Source of the DNA: Vulcanimicrobiota bacterium
Lineage (GTDB): Bacteria; Vulcanimicrobiota; Vulcanimicrobiia; Vulcanimicrobiales; Vulcanimicrobiaceae
Assembly: GCA_963786105.1 (NCBI GenBank)
Contig: CAWAXX010000001.1
Location: forward strand, 32,001 to 96,000
Length of the DNA: 64,000 nucleotides
Reading direction: 5' to 3'
In this document: positions 30,656 through 41,448 of the stretch, in pieces
How positions within the stretch are numbered: position 1 is the stretch's first letter
How the letters are laid out: every line of letters starts with the position of its first letter
Made by a program: the position numbers and the translations under genes
The notes under the pieces: model-generated
What the model saw: only the letters and a program-made list of their open reading frames with translations
The model's database searches: none
What the model was told of the DNA's origin: nothing

Positions 30656-31622
30656 ATGCGTACGGCTATTGGCGTCGACCTCGGCGGATCGCACGTCACC
30701 GCTGCGGTCGTTACGGACGACGGGACGATACAGCTCCCAGCACGAGCAGGACCTGGAGGACTTGCAGTTTGAGGTCGTCGTCGCAGCGGTGGCGACGCAG
30801 ATCGCGGCGGCTATGAAAGATGCCGGAAGCGGCGTAGCCGGGATCGGCGTAGGTTCGCCGGGCAATATCGATGCCGCATCGGGTGCGGTGCTGTACAGCC
30901 CGAACTTCGGCTGGACGCGAGCGCCACTCGGCGAGACGTTGCGCAAGAAGTTCAGCGTGCCGGTCTTCGTCGGCAACGATGCGCGGTGCGCCACGCTGGG
31001 CGAGCACGCGTTCGGTACGGGCGAGGGGATCAAGGACTTCGTACTCCTGACGCTGGGGACGGGAATCGGCGGCGGTATCGTGGCCGGCGGGCGGTTGATT
31101 CTCGGCAATCGCTGGGGCGCCGGCGAAATCGGGCACCATCAGATTCGTCCGACCGACGGGTTCGTTTGCGGCTGCGGAAAGATCGGATGTTTCGAAGCAC
31201 AGGCGTCGGGAACCGGACTGATCCGCCACGCTTTTGCGGTAGCGCCGTCCTTTCCGCGCAGCAGTCTGCTCGACGTCGCACGCGACAAACTCAGCTCGAA
31301 GAAAATCCGCAAGGCGGCGCAAGCCGGCGACAAGCACGCAACCGCGGCCTGGAAGAATTTCATTGCCGATCTCGCGATCGGCCTCGCGAACGTCATCGCC
31401 TTCGTCAATCCGGAAAAGATCGCACTTGGCGGCGGCGTTTCAACGGCTGCCGACTTCATGCTCGATGCCGTGCGCGGCCCGGTAGACGACCTGACGACGA
31501 TGGTTCCAAAAGGCACGACGGAGATCGCGATCGCGCGGCTCGGAAACAACGCCGGGCAAGTCGGCGCGGCGACCATGGTGTTTCGCGGCGGCTTGACGGC
31601 CGGCGATGCCGTCTCCGCGTAA
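30656..31622 (+). CDS. ROK-family sugar kinase (glucokinase-like), apparent frameshift near 30733
   Basis: MRTAIGVDLGGSH read manually from 30656; GNDA, TLGTGIGGG, GEIGH and CGCGKIGCFE motifs. Confidence 0.9.
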
Positions 31623-32394
31623 GCTCGCGTTAATCACGGGCGCTTCCGGCGGCATGGGCGCCGAGTACGCCAAACTGCTCGCCGCCGATGGATACGATCT
31701 CGCATTGGTCGCTCGATCTCGTGAAAAGCTCGAGGCCGCCGGCGCCGCGATTCGCGCGCACTTTGGCGTCGACGTTATGCCGATCGTTGCAGACCTCTCG
31801 GTCGTCGACGCCGCCGACGCCGTTGCCGCACGCGTTCCGCAATGCGACGTGCTGATCAACAATGCTGGGTTTGCAACCAACGGACGCTTCGAGCGTATCG
31901 CCGAAGAGCGTATGACTCAGGAAATCGTGCTCGACGTTCTGACGTTGACGCGACTGACGCGTAAGTACGTTCCCGGAATGATCGCACGCCGCGCAGGCAA
32001 GATTCTCAACGTCGCTTCGACCGCCGGTTTCCTTCCCGGACCCTTTATGGCGGTGTACTATGCGGCCAAGGCGTACGTCGTCTCGTTCTCTCAGGGGCTG
32101 GCCGAGGAATTGCGCGGAACCGGCGTTACCCTCACTTGCTTCTGTCCGGGGGCTACCGCGACCGGCTTCGCCGATCGAGCCGGGGTGCACGGCACGCTGC
32201 TCTTCAAACTGCCCGTTTCTAATGCTGCCGACATGGCGCGAGCCGGATACCGCGGTATGCTGCGGGGTAAAGACGTCGTAGTACCGTGGCCGCCGTCGAA
32301 CCGGCTGGTGGACCTTTCGGCACGGTTGCTACCTCGTCGAATCATGCTTTGGTTCTCGCGTAAGGCCGTGGAGGGTGAATCGAAAGATGCATAA
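31606..32394 (+). CDS. Short-chain dehydrogenase/reductase
   Basis: [13 protein letters not shown] and YYAAK motifs. Confidence 0.93.
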   Translation: MPSPRKLALITGASGGMGAEYAKLLAADGYDLALVARSREKLEAAGAAIRAHFGVDVMPIVADLSVVDAADAVAARVPQCDVLINNAGFATNGRFERIAEERMTQEIVLDVLTLTRLTRKYVPGMIARRAGKILNVASTAGFLPGPFMAVYYAAKAYVVSFSQGLAEELRGTGVTLTCFCPGATATGFADRAGVHGTLLFKLPVSNAADMARAGYRGMLRGKDVVVPWPPSNRLVDLSARLLPRRIMLWFSRKAVEGESKDA

Positions 32395-33826
32395 GCGCAG
32401 CGCCGTGGCGGCATCGATGGTCCTGGTCGCCGCAGCAGTGGCCGGCTGGGTGGCGATCGGTTCGACCGCGTCAAGATCGAACGCCGCACCGGGCGACATT
32501 CACAAGATCAAACACGTCATTATCATCATGCAAGAAAACCGGTCGTTCGACCATTACTTCGGCACGTTCCCGGGAGCCGACGGCATACCGATGAAAGACG
32601 GCGTTCCCACCGTGTGCGTGCCCGTGCCGGAAACGAGTACGTGCGAAAAACCGTACTACGATCCGAACGACAAGAACCGGGGTGGTCCCCACAATTTTCA
32701 CTCGTCGGAAGTCGACGTCAACGGCGGACGCATGGACGGATTCCTCACGGCCATTCATAAGGGCGCTGGACGCTGCACGGAGTTCGATGACCCGAACTGT
32801 GCCGGGCGCAAGCGCGTTCGCGACGTTTTGGGATACCACGACGGACGCGAGCTCGCCAACTACTGGAAGTACGCCCACGATTTCGTGCTTCAAGATCGCC
32901 TATTCGAGAACGTGGCGTCGTGGAGTTTGCCGCAGCATTTGTTCATGGTGTCGGAGTGGTCGGCGAAGTGCGCGCAACTGCACGTCGCAATGAGCTGCAC
33001 GAACGAACCGGAGAGTCCGGACTATCCGCCGGACTTTCGGCGCAAGGTGGCCGACATGCACACTGCGGGGCGTCCCGACTATGCGTGGACCGATTTGACG
33101 TATTTGCTCCATCGCAAACGCGTGAGTTGGGCGTACTACGTGATGACCGGAACGGAACCCGACTGCGCCAACGACTTGGAACGTTGCCCGGGTAGGAATC
33201 AAAGCGCGAAAACGCCGGGAATTTGGAACCCTCTGCCGGCGTTCGATACGGTCAAGCAAGACGGCGAACTCGCCAGCATTCAAGACCTGCGGCAGTTTTA
33301 CGTCGCGGCGAAAAACGGGACGCTGCCGAACGTGGTGTGGATTTGTCCCGCGGGGAAGTACAGCGAACACCCGGCATCACTGGTGAGCGACGGTCAAGCC
33401 TACGTCACCGGGTTGATCAATGCAATCATGCGCAGCCCGGATTGGGACAGTACGGTAGTCTTTCTCTCGTGGGACGACTGGGGCGGATTCTACGACCACG
33501 TTCCCCCTCCGAAAGTCGACGGGAACGGCTACGGGATCCGCGTGCCGGGCATCGTGATCAGCCCGTACGCCCGCCGCGGCTTCATCGACCACCAGGTGCT
33601 CAGTCACGACGCCTACGTGAAGTTCATCGAGGACGATTTCCTCGGCGGCGAACGCATCGATCCGAAAACTGACGGCCGTCCCGATCAGCGCCCCGACGTC
33701 CGTGAAAACAATCCGAAGCTCGGCGATCTACGCGCCGATCTCGACTTCGCGCAGGTGCCCCGATCGCCGGAGATTCTCCCGAACGCCACCATTTGGAACG
33801 GCGTCACCGCCGCGCCCGCTCCGTAG
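32387..33826 (+). CDS. Secreted phosphoesterase (phospholipase C/acid phosphatase family)
   Basis: Signal peptide; [35 protein letters not shown] and RVP motifs. Confidence 0.92.
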   Translation: MHKRSAVAASMVLVAAAVAGWVAIGSTASRSNAAPGDIHKIKHVIIIMQENRSFDHYFGTFPGADGIPMKDGVPTVCVPVPETSTCEKPYYDPNDKNRGGPHNFHSSEVDVNGGRMDGFLTAIHKGAGRCTEFDDPNCAGRKRVRDVLGYHDGRELANYWKYAHDFVLQDRLFENVASWSLPQHLFMVSEWSAKCAQLHVAMSCTNEPESPDYPPDFRRKVADMHTAGRPDYAWTDLTYLLHRKRVSWAYYVMTGTEPDCANDLERCPGRNQSAKTPGIWNPLPAFDTVKQDGELASIQDLRQFYVAAKNGTLPNVVWICPAGKYSEHPASLVSDGQAYVTGLINAIMRSPDWDSTVVFLSWDDWGGFYDHVPPPKVDGNGYGIRVPGIVISPYARRGFIDHQVLSHDAYVKFIEDDFLGGERIDPKTDGRPDQRPDVRENNPKLGDLRADLDFAQVPRSPEILPNATIWNGVTAAPAP

Positions 33827-33841
33827 TAGCTCGGGGCGACG

Positions 33842-35038
33842 TTACACTCCGGCGGCTTGGCGGAGAGGCTCGGGTGGGAGCGGGTCCTGGGCGGGGACGG
33901 TGCCGGTCTCGACGATGCGGGAGATCAGCTCGGCGATGCGGCGCGAGCTCCGGCGCGGGGCGACGATTTCTTGGTTGTGGCGAATGGCGGCAAGCCGCTC
34001 CGGCGTGCGGATCATCGAGCGTACCGCTTCGACGACTTGGGACGCGCTGCCGATGGCGACTTCGCCCAGCCCGTTGTGCCGCACGAAATCAACGTTGCCG
34101 CGCTCCTGTCCGGGGACGTAGTCGTAGACGATTACCGGAAGCTGAGCAGCGTTGGCTTCCGCGAGGGTCCCGGGGCCGGCCTTGGTAACGAGCAGGTCCG
34201 CGGCCCTGAAATACTCCGGAATTTTGTCGGTGAAGCCCAGAACGTGCATCGGCGTGGGCAGCCCCTTGGACATTTCCGAGAGCTTCTGTTGCAGGTGCTC
34301 GTTTCGCCCGCACACGACCACGAGTTGAACCGGAAGGCGAGCGCGGGCCAGCGCCAGCGCGGTCGACAGCAGTTTCCCTCCGCCCTCACCGCCGGCCATC
34401 AGCATGACGATGAGTCCGTCGGTCGGGAGATCCAACTGCGCGCGCAACTCGGCGGCCGTCCCGGTGACGTCGTCAAATTTCGGATGAATCGGATGCCCGA
34501 GCAGTCGTAGCCGGGCGGGCGAGACCCCGCGCGAAAGCGCGCGCTGGTATACCTCGCGTGCCGGCACGACGACCGCATCCGCATCGGCAACCAGCCAGGA
34601 TTCGTGGACCTTTCCAAGGTCGGTGATGACGGTAACGATCGGGACGTGCTGCATGTGTGCGTCGGCGCGGGCACGCAGGGCGGCGTGATTGAGCAGAGGG
34701 TGAACCGAGATGATGACGTCGGGTTGGTAGCTGATGAACAAGTCCCGCAGGCGTTCCCGGTAGAGCGGCTCGCAAAAACGAATGAGCGCCTTGTATCGGC
34801 GGCGCCCGTTGGTCGCGTAGTATAGCGCGCCGTACACAGGCGGTGCATAGCGCAAGGCCATGCTGTAGCCTAGGCCCAGCTGGGTCAGCGGGAACGAACA
34901 GTGGGCGGCAACGTCTTCAACGCGGTGCTCGAATGCGTGGGGAGTCTGAATCTCGTCCAAGGCCGCCGTGATGGCGTTCGCAGCGGAGCGGTGGCCGCCG
35001 CCGGTGTCCGAAATCAAGAACATCGCCCGCTTCGTCAT
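33842..35038 (-). CDS. MGDG-synthase-like (GT28) diacylglycerol glycosyltransferase
   Basis: DTGGGHRSAA, ISVHPL, VITD, GGEG, TKAGPGT and PGQERGN motifs. Confidence 0.9.
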   Translation of the reverse strand: MTKRAMFLISDTGGGHRSAANAITAALDEIQTPHAFEHRVEDVAAHCSFPLTQLGLGYSMALRYAPPVYGALYYATNGRRRYKALIRFCEPLYRERLRDLFISYQPDVIISVHPLLNHAALRARADAHMQHVPIVTVITDLGKVHESWLVADADAVVVPAREVYQRALSRGVSPARLRLLGHPIHPKFDDVTGTAAELRAQLDLPTDGLIVMLMAGGEGGGKLLSTALALARARLPVQLVVVCGRNEHLQQKLSEMSKGLPTPMHVLGFTDKIPEYFRAADLLVTKAGPGTLAEANAAQLPVIVYDYVPGQERGNVDFVRHNGLGEVAIGSASQVVEAVRSMIRTPERLAAIRHNQEIVAPRRSSRRIAELISRIVETGTVPAQDPLPPEPLRQAAGV

Positions 35039-35049
35039 TCGCTCTCCCG

Positions 35050-35580
35050 TCAGGCTCGAGCCGGCGTCCTCCGCGGACTACTGCGTCCGGCCGCGTTTCG
35101 CATCCGCCGGCTCGTCGGGGCGAGTAAGGCGAGTAGTGCCCGGGCCGGGGCGTCATAGAAGCGAAAAATGTCGCCAAACTCGATATCGGGGTTTCGGTGG
35201 TGGCCGTCGTGGTCCTCGGGAAGCACTACCCCGAGGGGCCGCAGGACGCCCCGAACCCAAGCGGGGGTCTTCCAGCCGAGCTCCGCCGTGTGGCGCCACC
35301 ACACGTGGATCTGACCGAGCCCGAGCCCGAGCAGCGTCCCCTCCCAGGAGAGTCGCCAAACCAGCGCGGCCACCACGACGTACGGCAGCGCGCCCAAGAT
35401 GCCGTCGAGCAAAACCGACGGATCCGACGACAGCACCGCGTGGTCCCAGTACGAACGTCGCCGGTCGTGATGCGTACGCAAGTGCAGCGTAAACCAAACG
35501 TGCTGAGGGACGTGGTAAAAAAACGTAGAGGCGAAGTCGCCGGCCACCAGGGTAATCACGGCCGTCGCGGCTATCAACAT
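35050..35580 (-). CDS. Sterol desaturase/fatty-acid hydroxylase family protein
   Basis: His boxes HVPQH, HLRTHH and HDGHH; hydrophobic segments. Confidence 0.8.
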   Translation of the reverse strand: MLIAATAVITLVAGDFASTFFYHVPQHVWFTLHLRTHHDRRRSYWDHAVLSSDPSVLLDGILGALPYVVVAALVWRLSWEGTLLGLGLGQIHVWWRHTAELGWKTPAWVRGVLRPLGVVLPEDHDGHHRNPDIEFGDIFRFYDAPARALLALLAPTSRRMRNAAGRSSPRRTPARA

Positions 35581-35624
35581 CGGACACTCCTCTCAGAAAC
35601 TACCGTAACACGCGAACGTCGTTT

Positions 35625-36352
35625 GTGAAGGTCCTCCTCGCTCTTATAGTATCGATACTTCTATCCGGTTGCACGCGGCTGCCGTTCGGGCGTCCGCACG
35701 TGCGCGCCGCCGAGCTTCCGCGCGTCACGCGCGCTCTTAACATGGTGTTAAGTTGGCCGGCTCCGCCGCACGTCGACGCGCTTTCCGGCGCCGTGCTGAT
35801 TCGCGACGGTGGTCCGGTCGCGATCAGCCGGACCTGGCGATTGCGCGGGCGGTCTTACGCACGAATCCGCGCATCGAACAAATCTGGGCGTTACTGCTTG
35901 CGATCGAAACGACGCGAGCGGCGCGCGAGCGGGATCTGCCGCCCGAGTTTCTCGCGGCGACCCTCTTGCAAGAATCGGCCTACGACGTCAACGCGCTATC
36001 GTCGGCGGGTGCGGTGGGCATCGCGCAATTCATGCCTGAGACCGCGGCCGCCGTCGGTATCGACCCGTACGATCCGCTCGCCGCCATCGGCGGTGCCGCC
36101 CAGCTCCTGGGCGCTTACGTCGCAACCTATCGAGGAACGTACGAGGATCCCTATGCCACCGCGCTCGCCGCCTACAACGCAGGGCCGGCAGCCGTGAACC
36201 GGTATCGCGGCGTGCCACCCTATCCTGAGACGCGCGAGTACGTCGCTCTCGTCTTCGATCGATGGGCTCGTATCGTGTCCTACGAGGCCGCTCCGGCCAC
36301 CGGGTTGAAGCCTACGGGCGAATCGAAGCGCACAGAGAGGATTATTCGATGA
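35625..36352 (+). CDS. Lytic transglycosylase (SLT) lipoprotein, apparent frameshift near 35805
   Basis: Lipobox LSGC; QESAY, AGAVGIAQFMPET, AAYNAG and ETREYV motifs. Confidence 0.85.
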
Positions 36353-36822
36353 CGCGTTCGCGCTTTTCCGCGGCCTCGGTCCTGCTGTTTGCAGTCCTGG
36401 CGACGAGTGGTTGCGGCTTCACGAGCAGCCCGGCCGACAATCTCACCTTTAAAGCGCCGGCCGGCTGGCAGAGTTCTCCCGGGATTATGGGCTTCATGCA
36501 ATTCTGGAAAGCTCCCAGCAGCAGTAAAGAAGTACTCATGCTGTTCAAGTCGCCCAAGCCGCTGGAGAACCACGAAGTCTTCACCGCCGCCAACTTGCGC
36601 GACGCGAAAGTGGAGACTCGAAAACCCATCACTATTTGCGGAAACCAACCGGCCGAGTTTTTCAAAGCTCAGGGAACCTCATCTCAGGGCGGCGACAGCA
36701 ACGTCGAGATGGTCATGAGCAATGCCGCCGGCAGCACCTACTTGGCGATGTATATTTATCCGGCTGGTGCGACGCCGAACGGCGACGCCGACGCCGCCCT
36801 ACGGGAACTCTGCTCGAAATAG
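36349..36822 (+). CDS. Hypothetical lipoprotein
   Basis: GAGGA RBS; signal peptide with TSGC lipobox-like motif. Confidence 0.7.
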   Translation: MTRSRFSAASVLLFAVLATSGCGFTSSPADNLTFKAPAGWQSSPGIMGFMQFWKAPSSSKEVLMLFKSPKPLENHEVFTAANLRDAKVETRKPITICGNQPAEFFKAQGTSSQGGDSNVEMVMSNAAGSTYLAMYIYPAGATPNGDADAALRELCSK

Positions 36823-36867
36823 CGCCCCTTTGTCGCCATCGGATAGTCCGATAGGGAGGCGCTGCGC

Positions 36868-38277
36868 GTGAGAGCTTCGCTAAGGCAGTTGTTTGCGAGG
36901 CAACCCCTAGGCTGGACCTCGTCTGAAACGGAAGGGCCCGCGCTGCGCCGAGTGCTGGGTTGGCCGGCGCTGACGGCGATTGGGTTGGGAACGATGCTTG
37001 GAGGCATTTTCCCGACGATCGGGGCGGGCGCGCATGCCGCCGGCCCGGGCGTCATCTTGGCGTACGTTTTTTCCGGTTTAGTCAGCGTTTGCGTCGCGCT
37101 GTGCTATGCCGAGTTCGCCTCGATGGTTCCGGTGGCCGGAAGTGCGTACACGTATGCGTATGCGACGTTGGGCGAACTGGTGGCGTGGATCATCGGGTGG
37201 GACTTGATCCTGGAGTACGGCTTGTCGCTCGCACCGACCGCATCGTCGCTCTCGGACTACTTTCAGCACATGCTGGCCAACGTCGGTGTCTCCTTACCGG
37301 TTTGGGCGCAAACCGCTAACGTCAGCGGCGCTCACCCACAAATCGACGTGTTTGCGGCGGTTATGACGCTGGCGATCGCGGCCTTAGTCGCCATCGGCAT
37401 TCGCGAGTCGGCCGGCGTTAATGGAATCCTCGTCCTCGTTCAAATCGCGTCCATGATCGTGTTCGTCGCCGTGGTCGCTCACGCCGTCGTTCCTGCGAAC
37501 CTGCATCCGTTCGCGCCGTTCGGATACCATGGCATCCTGGCGAGTACGGCTCTGGTATTTTTTGCCTACATCGGATTTGATACGGTGACGGTCGCGTCGG
37601 AAGAAGCGAAGCGACCCGAGCGCGACGTCCCCATCGGCATCATTCTCGCCCTGGCCATCGGCGGCATCCTCTACGTCGTGCTGACGCTTTGCACCGTGGG
37701 GGTGCTGCGCTACGACCGCCTCTCAGACGGCGCGGCCATGCTCGACGCGCTGGGCTCGGTCACCAAGAATCACGCATTCTACTGGATCGTCGCGATCGGC
37801 GGCATTGCCGGAAATGCCACCGTCATGCTGACGTCGCTGCTCGGGCAAGTGCGAATCTTCTACGTCATGGCGCGCGATCGAATGTTGCCGCCGGGAGTCG
37901 CGCGCATTCACCACGTCTTTCGCACGCCCGCGCGAATGACCGCGATCACCGGCGTGATCGTCGCAATTTTTGCTGCGGTGTTTCCGCTTACGGATTTGCT
38001 CAAGTTGGTCAACGTTGGAACGCTCGCCGCCTTTGCGATCGTGTGCGCGGGAGTGCTCGTGCTGCGAGTGATCAATCCGACGGCGGAGCGGCCATTCCGA
38101 GCGCCCTTTCTGCCGTTTTTTTCGATCGCCGGAGCCGGCGTGTGCCTGTATCTCATCTCCGGACTGCAACTCGCCACCTGGATACGCTACGCCATATGGT
38201 TCGCCGTGGGCATCCTTGTCTACGCGATCTACGGTTTCCGGAACTCCCGTTTACGGGTAAATTTGCCCCGCCCGTGA
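36868..38277 (+). CDS. APC-family amino acid permease
   Basis: AGSAYTY, WIIGWDLILEY and FAYIGFD motifs; paralogue of 2449..4008. Confidence 0.92.
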   Translation: MRASLRQLFARQPLGWTSSETEGPALRRVLGWPALTAIGLGTMLGGIFPTIGAGAHAAGPGVILAYVFSGLVSVCVALCYAEFASMVPVAGSAYTYAYATLGELVAWIIGWDLILEYGLSLAPTASSLSDYFQHMLANVGVSLPVWAQTANVSGAHPQIDVFAAVMTLAIAALVAIGIRESAGVNGILVLVQIASMIVFVAVVAHAVVPANLHPFAPFGYHGILASTALVFFAYIGFDTVTVASEEAKRPERDVPIGIILALAIGGILYVVLTLCTVGVLRYDRLSDGAAMLDALGSVTKNHAFYWIVAIGGIAGNATVMLTSLLGQVRIFYVMARDRMLPPGVARIHHVFRTPARMTAITGVIVAIFAAVFPLTDLLKLVNVGTLAAFAIVCAGVLVLRVINPTAERPFRAPFLPFFSIAGAGVCLYLISGLQLATWIRYAIWFAVGILVYAIYGFRNSRLRVNLPRP

Positions 38278-38305
38278 AACCCGGCGGTTCGTCGGGGCGT
38301 TGGGG

Positions 38306-38314
38306 TGGTATAAT
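38306..38314 (+). promoter_or_regulatory. Extended -10 promoter element
   Basis: TGGTATAAT 19 nt upstream of the egtD ATG. Confidence 0.6.
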
Positions 38315-38332
38315 CCGCCGCACGGAGGGTCA

Positions 38333-39334
38333 ATGCAAAGCGTCGGCACCGCGGTCTCGGACCGCTTCCAGCTCGTCGAAGTTCCGCGCGCGAACGGCGC
38401 GGCTTCGTTTGCCGAGGACGTTGCCGCCGGGCTGCGCGCTTCGCCTAAACGATTACCGTCGAAGTATCTCTACGATCGAATCGGATCGGCGCTCTTCGAC
38501 GCGATCATGCACCTGCCGGAATATTATCTTTCGAATGCTGAGACCGACGTTCTGCGCGAATGCGGCTGGGAAATCGTTCGCGTGCTCGACGAACCGTTCG
38601 ACTTTCTGGAACTCGGCAGCGGGAGCGCGGTCAAGACGCGACTGCTCATCGCCGAAGCGCTGCGCGTTCAAGGGCAGCTGCGCTACAGCCCGATCGACAT
38701 TTCGACCGACGCGCTGCAAACGTCGTCGATGGCGCTGGTCGAAGCGTATCCGGGGTTGTCGATCCGCGCCTACGCCGGAGACTACTTCGACGTCTTGGCC
38801 TCGAAGACGCTGCAGTTCGAACGGCGGGTGCTCGCCATGTTCATGGGCTCGAATATCGGGAACTACGAGCCCGCAGAAGCCGTCCGGATACTGCGTTTGC
38901 TTTCGGCCGCGTTGCGTCCCGGCGACGGTCTGTTGCTGGGAACCGATTTGAAGAAAGACCGCGCGACGCTCGAAGCCGCCTACGACGATCCGCTCGGCGT
39001 TACCGCGGCCTTCAACAAAAACATCCTGGAGCGCATCAATCAGCAGCTCGGCGGCAACTTCGATCTTCGTAACTTCGAACACGTCGTGCACTACGACGAG
39101 GAACGCGGGAGCGTCGATTCCTTCTTGGAAGCGCGCCGCTCGGCCGACGTCGCCATCGATGCGATCGGCCTGCGACTAGCGTTCGCCGCCGGAGAGCGCA
39201 TCCACACCGAGTCGTCCTATAAGTTCTCGGATCGAGACGTCGCCCGCCTGGGGGCGACTGCCGGCTTCCGTTCGTCGTCCACGTGGCACGATCGCGCCCA
39301 ACGCTTCAGCGTTCACCTCCTGGTTCGAACGTAG
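38333..39334 (+). CDS. egtD: L-histidine N-alpha-trimethyltransferase (EgtD family)
   Basis: KRLPSKYLYD..GSALF, PEYY, ELGSGSAVKT, GSNIGN, AYDDPLGVTAAFN and IHTESSYKF motifs; GGAGG RBS. Confidence 0.9.
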   Translation: MQSVGTAVSDRFQLVEVPRANGAASFAEDVAAGLRASPKRLPSKYLYDRIGSALFDAIMHLPEYYLSNAETDVLRECGWEIVRVLDEPFDFLELGSGSAVKTRLLIAEALRVQGQLRYSPIDISTDALQTSSMALVEAYPGLSIRAYAGDYFDVLASKTLQFERRVLAMFMGSNIGNYEPAEAVRILRLLSAALRPGDGLLLGTDLKKDRATLEAAYDDPLGVTAAFNKNILERINQQLGGNFDLRNFEHVVHYDEERGSVDSFLEARRSADVAIDAIGLRLAFAAGERIHTESSYKFSDRDVARLGATAGFRSSSTWHDRAQRFSVHLLVRT

Positions 39335-40263
39335 GCGTCATCCCGACCGGCGTCGATGCCGCGACCGTAACGGTCGACGGTCGCGCGGTCGCTTTGACGA
39401 ACTTGAACAAGACGTTCTTTCCCGAGCTCGGGCTCACCAAGGGCGACCTTCTGCGCTACTACTTGCGCGTCGCACCGGCGGTGATTCCGCACGTCGCCGG
39501 CAAGGCGATGGTCATGAAGCGATACCCGCACGGAGCCACCGGCGATTTCTTTTTCATGAAGCGGGCGCCGTCGCCGAGGCCAGCGTGGATTCGAACCTGC
39601 CCGATCGAGCACCGGTCGGGAAACGTCATCGACTTCCCCGTAATCGACGACGCGGCGTCGCTCCTCTGGCTCGTCAACCTTGGCTGCATCGATCTCAATC
39701 CGTGGTACGCGCCGTGCGACGATTTCAATCATCCGGATTACCTGCACATCGACCTCGATCCGTTCGACGCTCCGTTCTCCGCGGTTCGTGAGGCTGCGCT
39801 GGTCGTGCGCGACGTGTTTACGTCGCTCGGCATGGTCCCGTACGTCAAAACCACGGGCAGCAAAGGGATGCACGTGTATGTGGGCATTCGAACGGGACCG
39901 AGCCAGCACGAAGTGTGGGAAATCGCCAAAGCGCTCTCGCATGCAATCGCGCAAGCGCACCCGGATCTCCTCATCGTCGAGTACCGCGTCTCGAAGCGGC
40001 CGCGCGGGCGCGTCTTGCTCGACTACAACCAAAATGCTTTCGGACGCACGCTGGCGTCCATCTATTCCGTGAGACCAAACGAAGCCGCGATGGTGTCCAC
40101 GCCGGTTACTTGGGAAGAGGTCGAACGGGGTTGCGAGTCCGGCGATTTCACCCTGCTCGACGTTCCCGGGCGCCTCGAGCGCCTCGGCGATCTGTGGGCG
40201 CCGTTGCTCGAGAAACGTGGACGCTTCGATTTACTCAAGCTTCGGCGAAAGCTGGGAACGTAG
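39283..40263 (+). CDS. ligD: LigD-type primase-polymerase (stand-alone NHEJ polymerase domain)
   Basis: LTKGDLLRYY, KRYPHG, IDLDP, KTTGSKGMHV, DYNQN and YSVRP motifs; start uncertain. Confidence 0.9.
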   Translation: MARSRPTLQRSPPGSNVGVIPTGVDAATVTVDGRAVALTNLNKTFFPELGLTKGDLLRYYLRVAPAVIPHVAGKAMVMKRYPHGATGDFFFMKRAPSPRPAWIRTCPIEHRSGNVIDFPVIDDAASLLWLVNLGCIDLNPWYAPCDDFNHPDYLHIDLDPFDAPFSAVREAALVVRDVFTSLGMVPYVKTTGSKGMHVYVGIRTGPSQHEVWEIAKALSHAIAQAHPDLLIVEYRVSKRPRGRVLLDYNQNAFGRTLASIYSVRPNEAAMVSTPVTWEEVERGCESGDFTLLDVPGRLERLGDLWAPLLEKRGRFDLLKLRRKLGT

Positions 40264-40273
40264 GAAACGATTC

Positions 40274-41284
40274 GTGTCGCGCTTTGAGGATCTTCCGCTC
40301 AAGCCGCCGATCGAGCCGATGGCATCGAGGCAAGCGTCCCAAATTCCGGTAGGCGGGCAGTGGTTGTACGAGCCTAAGTGGGACGGTTTTCGCTGCGTAG
40401 CGTTTCGATCGGACGCCGACGTCGAACTCGAGTCGAAATCGGGTCAATCGTTGACGCGATACTTTCCCGAGATCGTCGCCGCGCTGGGCGCCCTGCGAGC
40501 GAAACGGTTCGTCATCGACGGCGAGTTGTTCGTCGAAAGCGGACCCGGCTTCGACTTCGACGCCTTGCTGCAGCGCATTCATCCGGCGCATAGCCGCGTG
40601 CTGCAACTTTCGCAGCGAACTCCCGCGAAGTTCGCCGTCTTCGACGTACTGGTGGACGAGCAGAAGAAACCGTGGTACGAGCGCCCGCTCTCCGAGCGGC
40701 GCGCGGCGCTCGAGTCGTTCGCGCGGCGATACTTTGAGCCAGAGTCCCCGCTCGTCGTATCACCGGCGACTTCGGACGTGGACGTCGCGCGAAAGTGGCT
40801 CGCCGGCGACACCGCTCGCCTCGACGGCGTGATCGCAAAGCGTCTCGATGCGCCCTACGATTTCGGCCGCCGCGATGCGGTTGTCAAAGTGAAGCGCCGT
40901 TACACGGCCGACTGCGTCGTCGGCGGTTTCCGGCGGTCTCCCGACGGTGCGATCGCTTCGCTGCTGCTGGGATTGTACGATGACGGAAAACTCGACCATG
41001 TCGGATTCGTCGGCAGCATGAGTGCGTCGGAGCGTAAGCGGGCGTCGTTATTGCTGGAGCCGATCGTGGCGCCGCCCGGTTTCACCGGTGTATCCCCCGG
41101 TGGCCCCAGCCGATGGCGCAAGGGCGAATCCGAATGGTTCCCGACCGAGCCGCTGGTGGTCGTCGAGGTGTCCTTCGATCATATAACTGCGCGGCGTTTT
41201 CGACATGCGGCTCGCTTGCTTCGGTGGCGACCCGACAAAAGTCCGCGCGAATGCACGATCGACCAGCTACTCGAACCGAGCTAA
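40274..41284 (+). CDS. ligC: ATP-dependent DNA ligase (LigC-like)
   Basis: YEPKWDGFR, IDGEL, DGVIAK, SLLLGLY and RWRPDK motifs. Confidence 0.92.
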   Translation: MSRFEDLPLKPPIEPMASRQASQIPVGGQWLYEPKWDGFRCVAFRSDADVELESKSGQSLTRYFPEIVAALGALRAKRFVIDGELFVESGPGFDFDALLQRIHPAHSRVLQLSQRTPAKFAVFDVLVDEQKKPWYERPLSERRAALESFARRYFEPESPLVVSPATSDVDVARKWLAGDTARLDGVIAKRLDAPYDFGRRDAVVKVKRRYTADCVVGGFRRSPDGAIASLLLGLYDDGKLDHVGFVGSMSASERKRASLLLEPIVAPPGFTGVSPGGPSRWRKGESEWFPTEPLVVVEVSFDHITARRFRHAARLLRWRPDKSPRECTIDQLLEPS

Positions 41285-41448
41285 CAGCGGGTCGCGCAAC
41301 GCAGGCTGAGTCTCGCTCGTTAAGCGTACGAGCGGGTAGACGTTTCACGAACGTGAATTTCGGCTCGGCCAAAGGGACCGGGCCCCCGCACGCAAAAAAG
41401 GAGCGCCTTTGCTACCCCCCCAACTCGTTCATGAGGAGCTACAACGCG

